A stretch of 64,000 bases of DNA from Actinomycetota bacterium (GTDB lineage: Bacteria; Actinomycetota; Acidimicrobiia; Acidimicrobiales; CADCSY01), in assembly GCA_016781135.1 (NCBI GenBank), contig JADDQY010000078.1, positions 79,834-143,833 of the forward strand, written 5' to 3'. Below the pieces are notes generated by a model. It was given only the letters and a program-made list of their open reading frames with translations, had not been told where the DNA came from and ran no database searches. Position numbers and translations under genes: made by a program. Positions 29,533 through 38,788 of the stretch are shown piece after piece (positions within the stretch are counted from its first letter, which is position 1; the number at the start of each line of letters is the position of its first letter).

Positions 29533-29667
29533 TGCTTCATCGTCGTCGAGCGAGGCGGCGAGGCCGTGACCCTCCGTTGAAGTTTGGATGACGATCCCGG
29601 CGCGGGGAGAGGGACCGGCCGGGGCGTTGTGCACATCGCCCGGACGCGATGAGGCATCCTCGTGCGG

Positions 29668-30348
29668 GTGGGAACCTGCATCTTGTCGGTGGAGGACGAC
29701 GAGCGCATCCGCACCGCGGTGCGCATGGCGCTCGAGGACGAGGGCTGGGTGGTCGACGAGGCGGCATCGGGTGAGGATGCCCTGGCCCGCTTCGACGAGC
29801 GACCCGCCGACGTCGTGCTGATCGACCTGATGCTCCCGGGCATCGACGGCTTCGCCGTGTGCCGTGCCATCCGTCGCCTCAGCGACGTCCCCATCGTCAT
29901 GGTCACCGCCCGCGCCGACACCCACGACGTGGTCGCCGGCCTCGAAGCGGGCGCCGACGACTACGTGACCAAGCCCTTCCAGCCGAAGGAGCTGTCGGCC
30001 CGCATCCGGGCGCTCCTGCGCCGGGCTCGCCCAGCGGCGAGCGGTCGCTCCCAGGTGCAGTTCGGCGACCTGGAGATCGTGCCCGACGAGGGCGTGGTGC
30101 GGCGGGCCGGCAAGGAGATCCACCTGACCAAGACCGAGTTCCGGTTGCTGTGCGAGCTCGCATCACTGCCTGGGCGCGTCTTCAGCCGAGAGCAGCTCCT
30201 CGAGCGGGTCTGGGGCTACGACTACTTCGGCGACGGCCGCCTGGTGGACGTGCACGTCCGCCGGCTGCGGACCAAGGTCGAAGCCGACCCCGCCGCCCCC
30301 CGGCACGTGGTGACCGTCCGGGGGCTCGGCTACAAGCTCCAGGGCTGA
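29668..30348 (+). CDS. OmpR/PhoB family response regulator
   Basis: VEDD, DLMLPG (phospho-acceptor Asp), GADDYVTKPF, LTKTEF, VDVHVRRLR, TVRGLGYK; alternative start 29662. Confidence 0.96.
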   Translation: MGTCILSVEDDERIRTAVRMALEDEGWVVDEAASGEDALARFDERPADVVLIDLMLPGIDGFAVCRAIRRLSDVPIVMVTARADTHDVVAGLEAGADDYVTKPFQPKELSARIRALLRRARPAASGRSQVQFGDLEIVPDEGVVRRAGKEIHLTKTEFRLLCELASLPGRVFSREQLLERVWGYDYFGDGRLVDVHVRRLRTKVEADPAAPRHVVTVRGLGYKLQG

Positions 30349-30354
30349 GGAAGC

Positions 30355-31839
30355 GTGGCCGACGACGGGGGCGGGACGGCCCCACGCCCGCTGCCCGGTC
30401 GACGTCGGCGGGCCTGGACGCTCGGGTTGCGGGCCCGGGTGCTCACCGCCTTCGCCATGGGTGCGCTGGTGCTGTCGGCGCTCCTCGCCGCCGTCACGTA
30501 CGGCCTGGTCCGGGAGAACCTGGTGCGCCAGCGCGAGTCGGTCGCCGTCAACCAGGCCTACCTCAACGCCCGCTCCCTGCGCGACAGCCTGCGCTCCACC
30601 GGCGTCGACGTGAGCAGCGTGCTCGACTCGTTGACCCCCGCCGGCGGCGGGAGCCCCGTGCTCGTGCGCCAAGGGGTGGTGTTCGCCCCGCTGGGGATCG
30701 GCCTGGAGGAGCTGCCTCCCGAGCTGAGGAGCATCGTCGCCAGCGGTCAGCCGGCCCGCATGCGATTCTCCCTCGACGGCGAGTCCCAGCTCGGTGTCGG
30801 GCTGCCCCTGCCCTCGGTGCAGGCGGCCTACTTCGAGGTCACCTCGTTCCGGGAGCTCGAAGGGGCCCTCCGCTCGCTGGGACTGTCGCTGCTCGCTGCT
30901 GCCCTGGTCACCACCATCGCCGGAGCGGCCCTCGGGGCGAGCGTCAGCCGGCGCGTGCTGCGGCCGCTCGCCGACGTGAGCGCCGCTGCCGTCGCCATCG
31001 CCGGGGGCCGTCTGGACACCCGGATGGCGACCACTGACGACGCCGACCTCGGCACCCTGGTCACCTCGTTCAACGAGATGGCCAGCGCCCTGCAGGAACG
31101 CATCGAGCGCGACGCCCGCTTCGCGTCCGACGTCAGCCACGAGCTGCGCTCGCCCCTGACCACGCTGTCGGCTTCCATCCACGTCCTCGAGGCCCGCCGC
31201 GAGGACATGCCCGAGAGGGCCCAGGCCGCCCTCGACCTGCTCGTTGCCGACGTGGCCCGATTCTCGGCGATGGTCGAGGACCTGCTGGAGATCTCCCGGT
31301 TCGACGCCGGCGCTGCCCACCTCGACCTCGAGGAGGTCCGCATCGGCGAGCTGGTGATGCACGCGGTGGATGCCTCTACCGACGCCGACGTGCCCGTCGC
31401 CGTTGCCGGCGACACCGTCGACTGCGTCGTCCAGGCCGACAAGCGCCGGGTGGTACGGGTGATCGCCAACCTCATCGGCAACGCCGAGTCCCACGGGGGC
31501 GGGGTTGTCGGCGTGTCCATCGCCCTGCTCGACGACCACGTCCACATCGCCGTGGACGACGCTGGACCCGGCGTCGACGAGGTCGACCGGGACCGGATCT
31601 TCGAGCGCTTCTCCCGAGGGTCGGCCGCTGGTAGCCGGGGCTCGGGGGCAGGGGTCGGCCTCGGGCTGGCCCTGGTGCGCGAGCACGTCGAGCTCCACGG
31701 TGGACGGGTCTGGGTCGAGGCCCGTGGCACCGGCGAACCGGGGTCCCGCTTCGTCGTCGAGCTCCCGGTGGCAGGCGAGGCCCCCGCCGCCCCTGATACC
31801 GGACCGGCCGGGGTCCCGGTGGGCCAGGCCAGCCCATGA
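30355..31839 (+). CDS. Membrane sensor histidine kinase with HAMP domain
   Basis: Two TMs, HAMP, SHELRSPL H-box, NLIGNA, DDAGPGV, IFERF, GVGLGL. Confidence 0.96.
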   Translation: MADDGGGTAPRPLPGRRRRAWTLGLRARVLTAFAMGALVLSALLAAVTYGLVRENLVRQRESVAVNQAYLNARSLRDSLRSTGVDVSSVLDSLTPAGGGSPVLVRQGVVFAPLGIGLEELPPELRSIVASGQPARMRFSLDGESQLGVGLPLPSVQAAYFEVTSFRELEGALRSLGLSLLAAALVTTIAGAALGASVSRRVLRPLADVSAAAVAIAGGRLDTRMATTDDADLGTLVTSFNEMASALQERIERDARFASDVSHELRSPLTTLSASIHVLEARREDMPERAQAALDLLVADVARFSAMVEDLLEISRFDAGAAHLDLEEVRIGELVMHAVDASTDADVPVAVAGDTVDCVVQADKRRVVRVIANLIGNAESHGGGVVGVSIALLDDHVHIAVDDAGPGVDEVDRDRIFERFSRGSAAGSRGSGAGVGLGLALVREHVELHGGRVWVEARGTGEPGSRFVVELPVAGEAPAAPDTGPAGVPVGQASP

Positions 31840-32597
31840 GCGGGAGCGCAGGACCCGTCGCCGTGCGCTCGTCGGCATCGAGCGAAACAACAGGGGGGCC
31901 GGCTCCCGTTCTCGGCCACGCCAGCGGCTGGTCGGCCCGGCCACGGCCACGCCCGATGCCGCCGCCCCTGACGCCCCTTCGCTGGCGACGCGCCTTTCTT
32001 GTCATCGCCTCACTGCTGGCCACGGGTGGGTGCGGGGTGCCCGACGACGCCGAACCGCGGGCGCTCGCTCCCGAGAGCGTGCCCTTCAGCCTGCTGGCCA
32101 CCAGCACGACCACCACCAACGAGCCCATGACACCGCCGGCGGTGGACGAGTCGGTCGCGGTGTACCTGGTCGACAACGAAACTGGCCAGCTCGTCGAGGT
32201 ACGGCGTTCGGTGCCTGCTCCGGCCTCGGTGGGCGAGGTCTTGGAGGAGCTGCTGCAGGGCCCGACCGAGGCGGAGCTGGCGGCTGGGTTGAGCAGCAGC
32301 ATTCCCAGCAGCACGCAGCTGCTCGGCCTGGAGGGACCGGTGGCGGGCATCGTCACCGTCGACCTGAGCGATCTCAGCGGCATCTCCGGACCGGGGCAGC
32401 GGATGGCCCTGGCTCAGGTGGTGTTCACAGCGACCGGTGCGGCCGAGGTCGAGTCGGTGCTGTTCGAGTTCGAGGGGGAGCTCAGCCAGGCTCCGAACGC
32501 TGAGGGCGAGTCGACCTCGGAACCCCTCAGCCGTGAGGACTTCGCCGCCTTCGACCAGTCGACAGCCGGCACCACCGACGAGGCTCCTGCGGGGTGA
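31836..32597 (+). CDS. GerMN-domain lipoprotein (accessory component of the two-component system)
   Basis: ATGA overlap with the kinase; lipobox-like LATGGC; LEELLQGPT, GLSSSIP, LAQVVFTAT. Confidence 0.85.
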   Translation: MSGSAGPVAVRSSASSETTGGPAPVLGHASGWSARPRPRPMPPPLTPLRWRRAFLVIASLLATGGCGVPDDAEPRALAPESVPFSLLATSTTTTNEPMTPPAVDESVAVYLVDNETGQLVEVRRSVPAPASVGEVLEELLQGPTEAELAAGLSSSIPSSTQLLGLEGPVAGIVTVDLSDLSGISGPGQRMALAQVVFTATGAAEVESVLFEFEGELSQAPNAEGESTSEPLSREDFAAFDQSTAGTTDEAPAG

Positions 32598-32611
32598 GCG
32601 GACCGGTCGCG

Positions 32612-32638
32612 TCATCCAGATGCCATCGCGGTGTCGAA
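32612..32638 (+). promoter_or_regulatory. Candidate ECF (SigK-type) promoter TCATCC-N16-TCGAA
   Basis: Close to the mycobacterial SigK consensus CCATCC-N15-CCGAA; about 80 nt upstream of the ferritin-like operon. Confidence 0.5.
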
Positions 32639-32717
32639 GGGGGTGCGGTAGCCAGCGGCGTGACGCTTCCCGCCCGGGCGTGCCTGCCCAGCATTTCATC
32701 GAAAGGGGAACCGAGCC

Positions 32718-33599
32718 TTGAAGATCGACGACAGGAAACTCACGGAGTTGATCGTCGAATCGCAGGACCTGCAGGCAGACGCCCTGCGCGACGTCAAGTC
32801 GACCTTGCCCGCACTGGTCGAAGTCCGTGAGTCCCGGCGGGGCCGGCCGATCGACCTCGACCGGGTCCGGGCCTTCAACGAGAGGCGCCGCCGGCTGCTG
32901 CGTAACGGCGGTCTCGGCATCGGTGCGCTCGGCGCCCGGGGCCTGATCGGCAGTGGCCTCGGCGCCGCCGTCATGGGCATCGTCGCCCGTCCGGCGCACG
33001 CCCAGGCCGAGCTCGACACTCAGATCCTCGAGACGGCGGCGTCGCTCGAGAACCTGGCCGTATCCACCTACAAAGCTGCGCTGGGCCTTCCCGGCTTCGA
33101 TGCCAACGACACCGTCGTTGCCTTCGCCCAGACGACCATGATGCAGCACAGCGAGCACGGCCAGGCCTTCAACGCCCAGGCGGTCAACCTCGGCGGCCAG
33201 CGCCAGGACGGGGTCAACCAGCAGGGCAAGGCGGTGGTCGACGCTGCCAGGCTCACCGACGCCTCGGGCAAGGCGGACTACCCGGGCATCGTCGAGCTGG
33301 CCGGCACGTTGGAGCAGGTCGCTACCCAGACCTACGTCCAGAACGTGATGATGCTCGAGGACGGCACCGCCAAGGAGCTCATGGCCAGCATCATGGGCGT
33401 CGAGGCCCAGCACCTCGCCACCCTGCGCGCCGTCGGCGCCCTGCTCCAGGCCAACAAGCCCAGGCTCATCACCGTCCCCCCGGCGGGCAACGCTGTCGAC
33501 GTGGCCGCCTTGCCCGGGCCAGCCGGAAGCGTCGCCTTCCCCGAGCCCTTCGAGGGCACCGACAACGCCTTCCAGCCGGACTCAGGAGACGTCCAATGA
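32718..33599 (+). CDS. Ferritin-like domain protein with an internal twin-arginine (Tat-like) signal
   Basis: SD AAAGGGG before TTG; RRRRLLRNGG...AHA; ligand pattern LENLA..Y / HSEH / LEQVA..Y / EAQH. Confidence 0.85.
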   Translation: MKIDDRKLTELIVESQDLQADALRDVKSTLPALVEVRESRRGRPIDLDRVRAFNERRRRLLRNGGLGIGALGARGLIGSGLGAAVMGIVARPAHAQAELDTQILETAASLENLAVSTYKAALGLPGFDANDTVVAFAQTTMMQHSEHGQAFNAQAVNLGGQRQDGVNQQGKAVVDAARLTDASGKADYPGIVELAGTLEQVATQTYVQNVMMLEDGTAKELMASIMGVEAQHLATLRAVGALLQANKPRLITVPPAGNAVDVAALPGPAGSVAFPEPFEGTDNAFQPDSGDVQ

Positions 33600-34279
33600 G
33601 CGATCGCTTCGAGGACCAGAGCGAGGAGAACGCCACCCTCGTCGCCCGCCTCGCCCCGTCACCGCTGAGCCGCCGCAAGATGCTCCTCGGTGGTGGTGCC
33701 GGCGCCCTCGCCCTCGCCGCCGCCGCCTGCGGGCAGAACGCCGCCGACAAGCCAGCGGCCACCGGCGACCCGACGGCCACGACCGAAGCTGGCGGCACCG
33801 GCGGAGGCGGCGACGTGGCCACGGCCAAGCTCGCCGCCGGGCTCGAGGTCCTGGCGGTGAACACCTACGACGCCGCCCTCAAGGCCAACCTCGACTATCC
33901 CGCCGCCGTCGCCGAGTTCGCCACCACCGCCAAGGCGCACCACGAGGCCCATCGCGACGCCTGGAACGAGCTCCTCACGAGCCTCGGCGAGTCCCCCGTG
34001 GCCGAGCCCGGCCCCGCAGCGGTGGCCACGGCGGTCAACGAGAAGTTCGGCCAGGTGAGCGACGTCGCCGGCGTGGCCATGCTGGCGTTGATGCTCGAGC
34101 AGGCCGCTGCCGACACGTACTTCGGCGCCATACCCGGTCTCGCCAACGAAAAGGCGCTCGAGCTGGCGGCCACCATCCACCCCATCGACATGCAGCACGC
34201 GGCCATCCTGCGCTACGTACTCGGTGAGTACCCTGTGCCCAACACGTTCGCCAACACCGAGAACGCTGTGACCGGCTGA
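33596..34279 (+). CDS. Second ferritin-like domain protein, predicted Tat lipoprotein
   Basis: ATGA overlap; SRRKMLLGG...AAAC; LEVLA..Y / HEAH / LEQAA..Y / DMQH. Confidence 0.85.
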   Translation: MSDRFEDQSEENATLVARLAPSPLSRRKMLLGGGAGALALAAAACGQNAADKPAATGDPTATTEAGGTGGGGDVATAKLAAGLEVLAVNTYDAALKANLDYPAAVAEFATTAKAHHEAHRDAWNELLTSLGESPVAEPGPAAVATAVNEKFGQVSDVAGVAMLALMLEQAAADTYFGAIPGLANEKALELAATIHPIDMQHAAILRYVLGEYPVPNTFANTENAVTG

Positions 34280-34317
34280 TCGAACCGGCGCCTCGGGTGC
34301 CAACGGTCACGAACAGT

Positions 34318-34350
34318 CGCCACCGGCCGGGCTGTGCCCGGCCGGTGGCG
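34318..34350 (+). terminator. Perfect 15-bp GC-rich inverted repeat without U-tract (terminator or mRNA-stabilising hairpin)
   Basis: CGCCACCGGCCGGGC-tgt-GCCCGGCCGGTGGCG between the second ferritin-like gene and the cupredoxin. Confidence 0.6.
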
Positions 34351-34382
34351 CGCCAACCCGCCCACGAAGGAGAAGACGTCTC

Positions 34383-34763
34383 ATGGCACTGAGCTTGGTC
34401 CGGAGCTTTTGGCGGGTGGCTGCCGTCGGCGCGCTCGCCGTCGTCGCCTGCGGCGGGGGCGACGACGCTACGGTGAGCAAGGCACCCGAGGGTGCCGCCG
34501 GCGACGCCGGGACCGGTCCAGCGGTGGCCATCGAGCAGTTCGAGTTCCGGCCCGGCGAGGTCAAGGTGGCCGCCGGCACCACGGTCACGTGGACCAACGA
34601 GGACACCGTGGCCCACACCGTGCAAGACGAAGGTGAGTTGTTCCCCGAGAGCGACGACTTGGCCAAGGGCCAGACCTTCAGCTTCACCTATGAAACCCCA
34701 GGCTCGTACCCCTACATCTGCGGCATCCACCCCTACATGAAGGGCACCGTCACCGTCTCGTAG
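34383..34763 (+). CDS. Cupredoxin (plastocyanin/azurin-like) lipoprotein
   Basis: SD AAGGAGA; lipobox AVVAC; type-1 Cu ligands HTV and CGIHPYM. Confidence 0.92.
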   Translation: MALSLVRSFWRVAAVGALAVVACGGGDDATVSKAPEGAAGDAGTGPAVAIEQFEFRPGEVKVAAGTTVTWTNEDTVAHTVQDEGELFPESDDLAKGQTFSFTYETPGSYPYICGIHPYMKGTVTVS

Positions 34764-34813
34764 AGGCGGACACAGAGAGCGCCGCTGCTTCTTCGACGTT
34801 AGGCTCGCCTCCC

Positions 34814-35719
34814 GTGGCAGGAGACAGCCGATCGATCGTCATCGCCGCCTTTTTCGCCAACCTCGGGATCGCTGCCGCCAAGTTCGTCGGCTTCTTCCTC
34901 ACCGGCGCCGCCTCGATGCTGGCCGAGGCGGTCCACTCCCTTGCCGACACCGGCAATCAGGGATTGTTGCTGCTCGGCGGAAGCCGGGCGCGCCGCCGGG
35001 CCACCGCCCAGCACTCCTTCGGCTACGGCCGCGAGCGCTACTTCTGGGCCTTCGTGGTGGCCATGGTGCTGTTCAGCCTGGGAGGGCTGTTCGCCATCTA
35101 CGAGGGGATCGACAAGCTGCGTCACCCCCACGAGCTCGAGTCGACGGCGATCGCCGTGGCGATCCTGCTCGTGGCCATCGCCTTGGAGTCCTACGCGCTG
35201 GTCAAGGCGGTCAAGCACGCCAACGCCGTGCGCGGGAGCACGTCGTGGTGGCGCTTCATTCGCCACTCCAAGGACCCCGAGGTCTCGGTCGTGCTCCTCG
35301 AGGACACCGGCGCCGAGGTGGGCCTGTTCTTCGCCCTGTTGGGCATCGCCATGGCCCGCATCACCGGCGACCCCCGCTGGGACGCCCTCGGCAGCCTGGC
35401 CATCGGAGCCCTCCTCGTGATCATCGCCGTGGTTCTCGCCGCCGAGATGAAGAGCTTGCTCATCGGGGAGTCGGCTGGCGCCGGCGACCAGGCCGCCATC
35501 CGCTCGGCCATCGAGACTGCCCCCGAGGTCCGTCGCCTGATCCATCTGCGCACCCAGCACCTGGGCCCCGATGAGCTGCTGGTGGGGGCCAAGATCGAGC
35601 TCGACCCCGGCCTCACCTTCGCCCAAGTGGCATCGGCGATCGACGCCACCGAGCAGCTCGTGCGCGCCTCGGTGCCCGCGGCTCGCGTCGTCTACCTCGA
35701 GCCGGCGGTCAGCCGGTAG
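34814..35719 (+). CDS. Cation diffusion facilitator (CDF) transporter
   Basis: AEAVHSLADTGNQ, FGYGRERY, EDT, WDALGS, HLRTQHLGP. Confidence 0.93.
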   Translation: MAGDSRSIVIAAFFANLGIAAAKFVGFFLTGAASMLAEAVHSLADTGNQGLLLLGGSRARRRATAQHSFGYGRERYFWAFVVAMVLFSLGGLFAIYEGIDKLRHPHELESTAIAVAILLVAIALESYALVKAVKHANAVRGSTSWWRFIRHSKDPEVSVVLLEDTGAEVGLFFALLGIAMARITGDPRWDALGSLAIGALLVIIAVVLAAEMKSLLIGESAGAGDQAAIRSAIETAPEVRRLIHLRTQHLGPDELLVGAKIELDPGLTFAQVASAIDATEQLVRASVPAARVVYLEPAVSR

Positions 35720-35739
35720 CCCACCCCGAGTCTGCCTCT

Positions 35740-36774
35740 TCAGCCGAAGAACACCTCGGCGACCCCGTGGTACAGCTCGGGGTCGACCAACTTGAGCTCT
35801 CCGACCGCATCGGCCAGGGGCACCCGCACGATCCGGTCGGCCCGCACCGCCACCATCTGGCCGAAGGCGCCGTCGTGCACGGCGTCGATGGCGGCGATGC
35901 CGAACCGGGTGGACAGCACCCGATCGAAGGCGGTGGGCGTCCCGCCCCGCTGCACGTGGCCGAGGATCGTGACCCTGGTCTCGAAGCCGGTCCGGGCTTC
36001 GATCTCCTCGGCCAGGACGTTGGCGATGCCCCCGAGCTTGACGTGCCCGAACTGGTCCACCTCGGCGTCCTTGAGGGCCAGCGAGCCCTCTTTGGGCTGG
36101 GCCCCTTCGGCCACGACGACGATGGAGGCGTAGCGGCCCTTCTCGTGCCTGCGGGTGAGGGCGGCGCACACCTCGTCGATGTCGAACTCCTCCTCGGGGA
36201 CGAGGATCGCAGCCGCTCCACCGGCGATGCCGGCGTAGGTGGCGATGTGGCCGGCATGGCGGCCCATCACCTCCACCACCATGACCCGGTCGTGGGACTC
36301 GGCGGTGGTGTGGAGCCGGTCGATGGCGTCGGTGGCGATCTGTACCGCGGTGTTGAAGCCGAAGGTCACCTCGGTGGCGGACAGGTCGTTGTCGATGGTC
36401 TTGGGGACCCCGACCAGAGCCACCCCGTGCTCGGCGTGCAGGCGGTGGGCGACGCCCAGGGTGTCCTCGCCCCCCACGGCGACCAAAGCGTCGATGCCGC
36501 CGTCGGCGAGGGAGGCCAGGACCCGCTCGACTGCCCCCTCGACCTTGAACGGGTTGGTGCGCGAGGTGCCGAGCACGGTGCCGCCCTTGGGCAGGGTGCC
36601 CCGCATGGCGGCCACGTCGAGCGGGACGCTCCGGCCGTCGATCACGCCCTTCCAGCCGTCGACAAAGCCCACGAGCTCGTCCCCGTAGTGGCGCTCGCCC
36701 TTGCGTACCACGGCCCGGATGACGGCGTTGAGCCCCGGGCAGTCACCTCCACCAGTGAGGATCGCGACTCGCAT
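35740..36774 (-). CDS. pfkA: 6-phosphofructokinase
   Basis: LTGGGDCPGLNAVIR, GGTVLGTSR, GGEDT, PKTIDND, EVMGRHAG, LGHVQRGG. Confidence 0.97.
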   Translation of the reverse strand: MRVAILTGGGDCPGLNAVIRAVVRKGERHYGDELVGFVDGWKGVIDGRSVPLDVAAMRGTLPKGGTVLGTSRTNPFKVEGAVERVLASLADGGIDALVAVGGEDTLGVAHRLHAEHGVALVGVPKTIDNDLSATEVTFGFNTAVQIATDAIDRLHTTAESHDRVMVVEVMGRHAGHIATYAGIAGGAAAILVPEEEFDIDEVCAALTRRHEKGRYASIVVVAEGAQPKEGSLALKDAEVDQFGHVKLGGIANVLAEEIEARTGFETRVTILGHVQRGGTPTAFDRVLSTRFGIAAIDAVHDGAFGQMVAVRADRIVRVPLADAVGELKLVDPELYHGVAEVFFG

Positions 36775-36783
36775 CGCCTCACC

Positions 36784-37506
36784 CTATGGCCGATCGGTTG
36801 GCTCTCCCAGCTGCCTCGCCATCAGCGGGCACCGGGATGCGGGAGGCGGAGCCGGGGGCCATCGGCGTGTCTCGGCCAGCTGGCGGAGACGGGCTCCGAC
36901 GATGCGCCCGAGGGCGCACAGCTGACGGCGCTCTCGGGCCCGGAAGGGACGTCCGTGGCGACCGAGGAGGAGGTCGAGCCCCACCCCGGTCAGGGGGGCC
37001 GAGGCGACCTCGTCGGGACCGGTGTCCGCGGTCGCCGTCGGCTGGCCGGGGTCGACGAAGGCGGTCAGCCATGCCGCCGAGGGCACCGACCCGCGTGCCA
37101 CCCTGACCTCTGGCGGACCGCCGACGTCGACCACGGCGGCCCAATCACCCTCGAAGTCGGCTCGGACGTGCTCCAGCACGGCTTCGAGCACGGCGTGATC
37201 CGAGGAGAGCTCGACAAGGGTGGCAACGGTCTCCAGCGCGTCGACCCGAGGATCGCGCAACGCGGCCGGCGCCGGTCGCACGTCTTCGACGTCGACGCCG
37301 TCGACGGCCTTGACCTCGTCGATCAACAGGCCGAGCAGTGTCGGATCGGGCAGCTCCACGACCAGCTCGTCGATGGCCCGGCCCGCCCCCCGCTCGAGGA
37401 TCTCGATCCCGACGATCTCGGCCCGTACCGCCCCGATGCGGCTGGCCACCAACCCGAGCGCCCCCGGCCGGTCAGGCAGCCAGACCCGCACCACGTAGCG
37501 CTCCAC
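36784..37506 (-). CDS. ACT-domain protein with an additional C-terminal domain
   Basis: VRVWLPDRPGALGLVASRIG ACT signature. Confidence 0.8.
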   Translation of the reverse strand: MERYVVRVWLPDRPGALGLVASRIGAVRAEIVGIEILERGAGRAIDELVVELPDPTLLGLLIDEVKAVDGVDVEDVRPAPAALRDPRVDALETVATLVELSSDHAVLEAVLEHVRADFEGDWAAVVDVGGPPEVRVARGSVPSAAWLTAFVDPGQPTATADTGPDEVASAPLTGVGLDLLLGRHGRPFRARERRQLCALGRIVGARLRQLAETRRWPPAPPPASRCPLMARQLGEPTDRP

Positions 37507-37571
37507 CCGGCTCAGCCTACGGAGACGGTGCGAACAGTGGGTTCTTCGGCGAAGCCGAACCGCTCCTCGGG

Positions 37572-38747
37572 CTACAGCTTCGTCAGTCCCCGCCGCAGGT
37601 TGCGCACGGCCTGGCTTATGCGCTGCTCGTTCTCGATCAGGGCGAAGCGTACGTGACCGTCACCACCGGGCCCGAAGCCGACTCCGGGGGAGACGGCGAC
37701 GTTGGCGTCACGCACCAGGTCGCTGGCGAACTCGAGCGACCCCTTCTCCTGGTAGGCCTCGGGTATCGGCGCCCACACGAACATCGTCGCCCGGGGCCGC
37801 TCCACCGACCACCCGATGCGCGCCAGCCCGTCGCACAGCGCATCGCGTCGGGCCTGGTAGAGGTCGCGCACCTGGGCCGGGTAGTCGGGAACCTCGTTCA
37901 TCGTCACCGTGGCCGCGATCTGGATGGGCTGGAAGGTGCCGTAGTCGAGGTAGCTCTTGAGCTTTGCGAGAGCGGCCACCACCTCGGGGTTGCCGGCCAT
38001 GAACGCCACCCGCCAACCGGCCATCGAGAACGACTTGGTCATGGAGTACAGCTCGACGGCCACCTCCCGGGCCCCGTCGGCCTCGAGGATCGAGGGCGGC
38101 CGGTAGCCGTCGAAGCCGAGGTCGGCGTAGGCGAAGTCGTGGACCACGACCACCTCGCGGTCGCGGGCGAAGTCGACCACCTTCTGCATGAAGTCGAGGT
38201 CGACGCAGGTGGTGGTCGGGTTGTGGGGGAACGACAGGACGATCACCCGGGGCTTGGGCCAGGAGTACTCGTAGCGCTCGACCAGGACCTCGAAGAAGTC
38301 GGCCTCGTCACGGCCGAGGGGCATCTCTCGGACGTCGGCACCGGCGAAGAGGGGGGCGTAGATGTGGATCGGGTAGGACGGGGACGGGACCAGGGCGGCG
38401 TCGCCGGGCTGGAGCAACGCCCACATGAGGTGACTGAACCCCTCCTTGGCTCCGATGGTGTTGATGACCTCGAGCTCGGGATCGAGGGTCACCCCGAACT
38501 GCCGCTGATAGAGGGCGGCAAAGGCCTCGCGGAGCTTGGGCAGCCCCCGGCTCAGCGAGTATCGGTGGTTGCGGGGGTTGCGGGCCGCTTCGGCCAACTT
38601 CTCGACGGCGGTGCCGGGCGACGGGATGTCGGGGTTGCCGAAGGCCAGGTCGATGACGTCCTCGCCGGCGCGCCGAGCCTGCTTCTTCAGGCCGTCGATG
38701 ACCCCGAGCGCGTACGGGGGCAGGGTTGTGATGCGGCGGAACTCCAC
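37572..38747 (-). CDS. alaC: PLP-dependent class I aminotransferase, AlaC-like
   Basis: LPPY, GNPD, YSLSRG, IGAKEG, PSYPIH, NPT, HDFAY, SMTKSFSMAGWR, KSYLDYGTF, VRFALIENEQR. Confidence 0.85.
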   Translation of the reverse strand: MEFRRITTLPPYALGVIDGLKKQARRAGEDVIDLAFGNPDIPSPGTAVEKLAEAARNPRNHRYSLSRGLPKLREAFAALYQRQFGVTLDPELEVINTIGAKEGFSHLMWALLQPGDAALVPSPSYPIHIYAPLFAGADVREMPLGRDEADFFEVLVERYEYSWPKPRVIVLSFPHNPTTTCVDLDFMQKVVDFARDREVVVVHDFAYADLGFDGYRPPSILEADGAREVAVELYSMTKSFSMAGWRVAFMAGNPEVVAALAKLKSYLDYGTFQPIQIAATVTMNEVPDYPAQVRDLYQARRDALCDGLARIGWSVERPRATMFVWAPIPEAYQEKGSLEFASDLVRDANVAVSPGVGFGPGGDGHVRFALIENEQRISQAVRNLRRGLTKL

Positions 38748-38788
38748 GTCGTGACGCTACCGGTTCGGCTCGACCAGGGACCGAGGGA

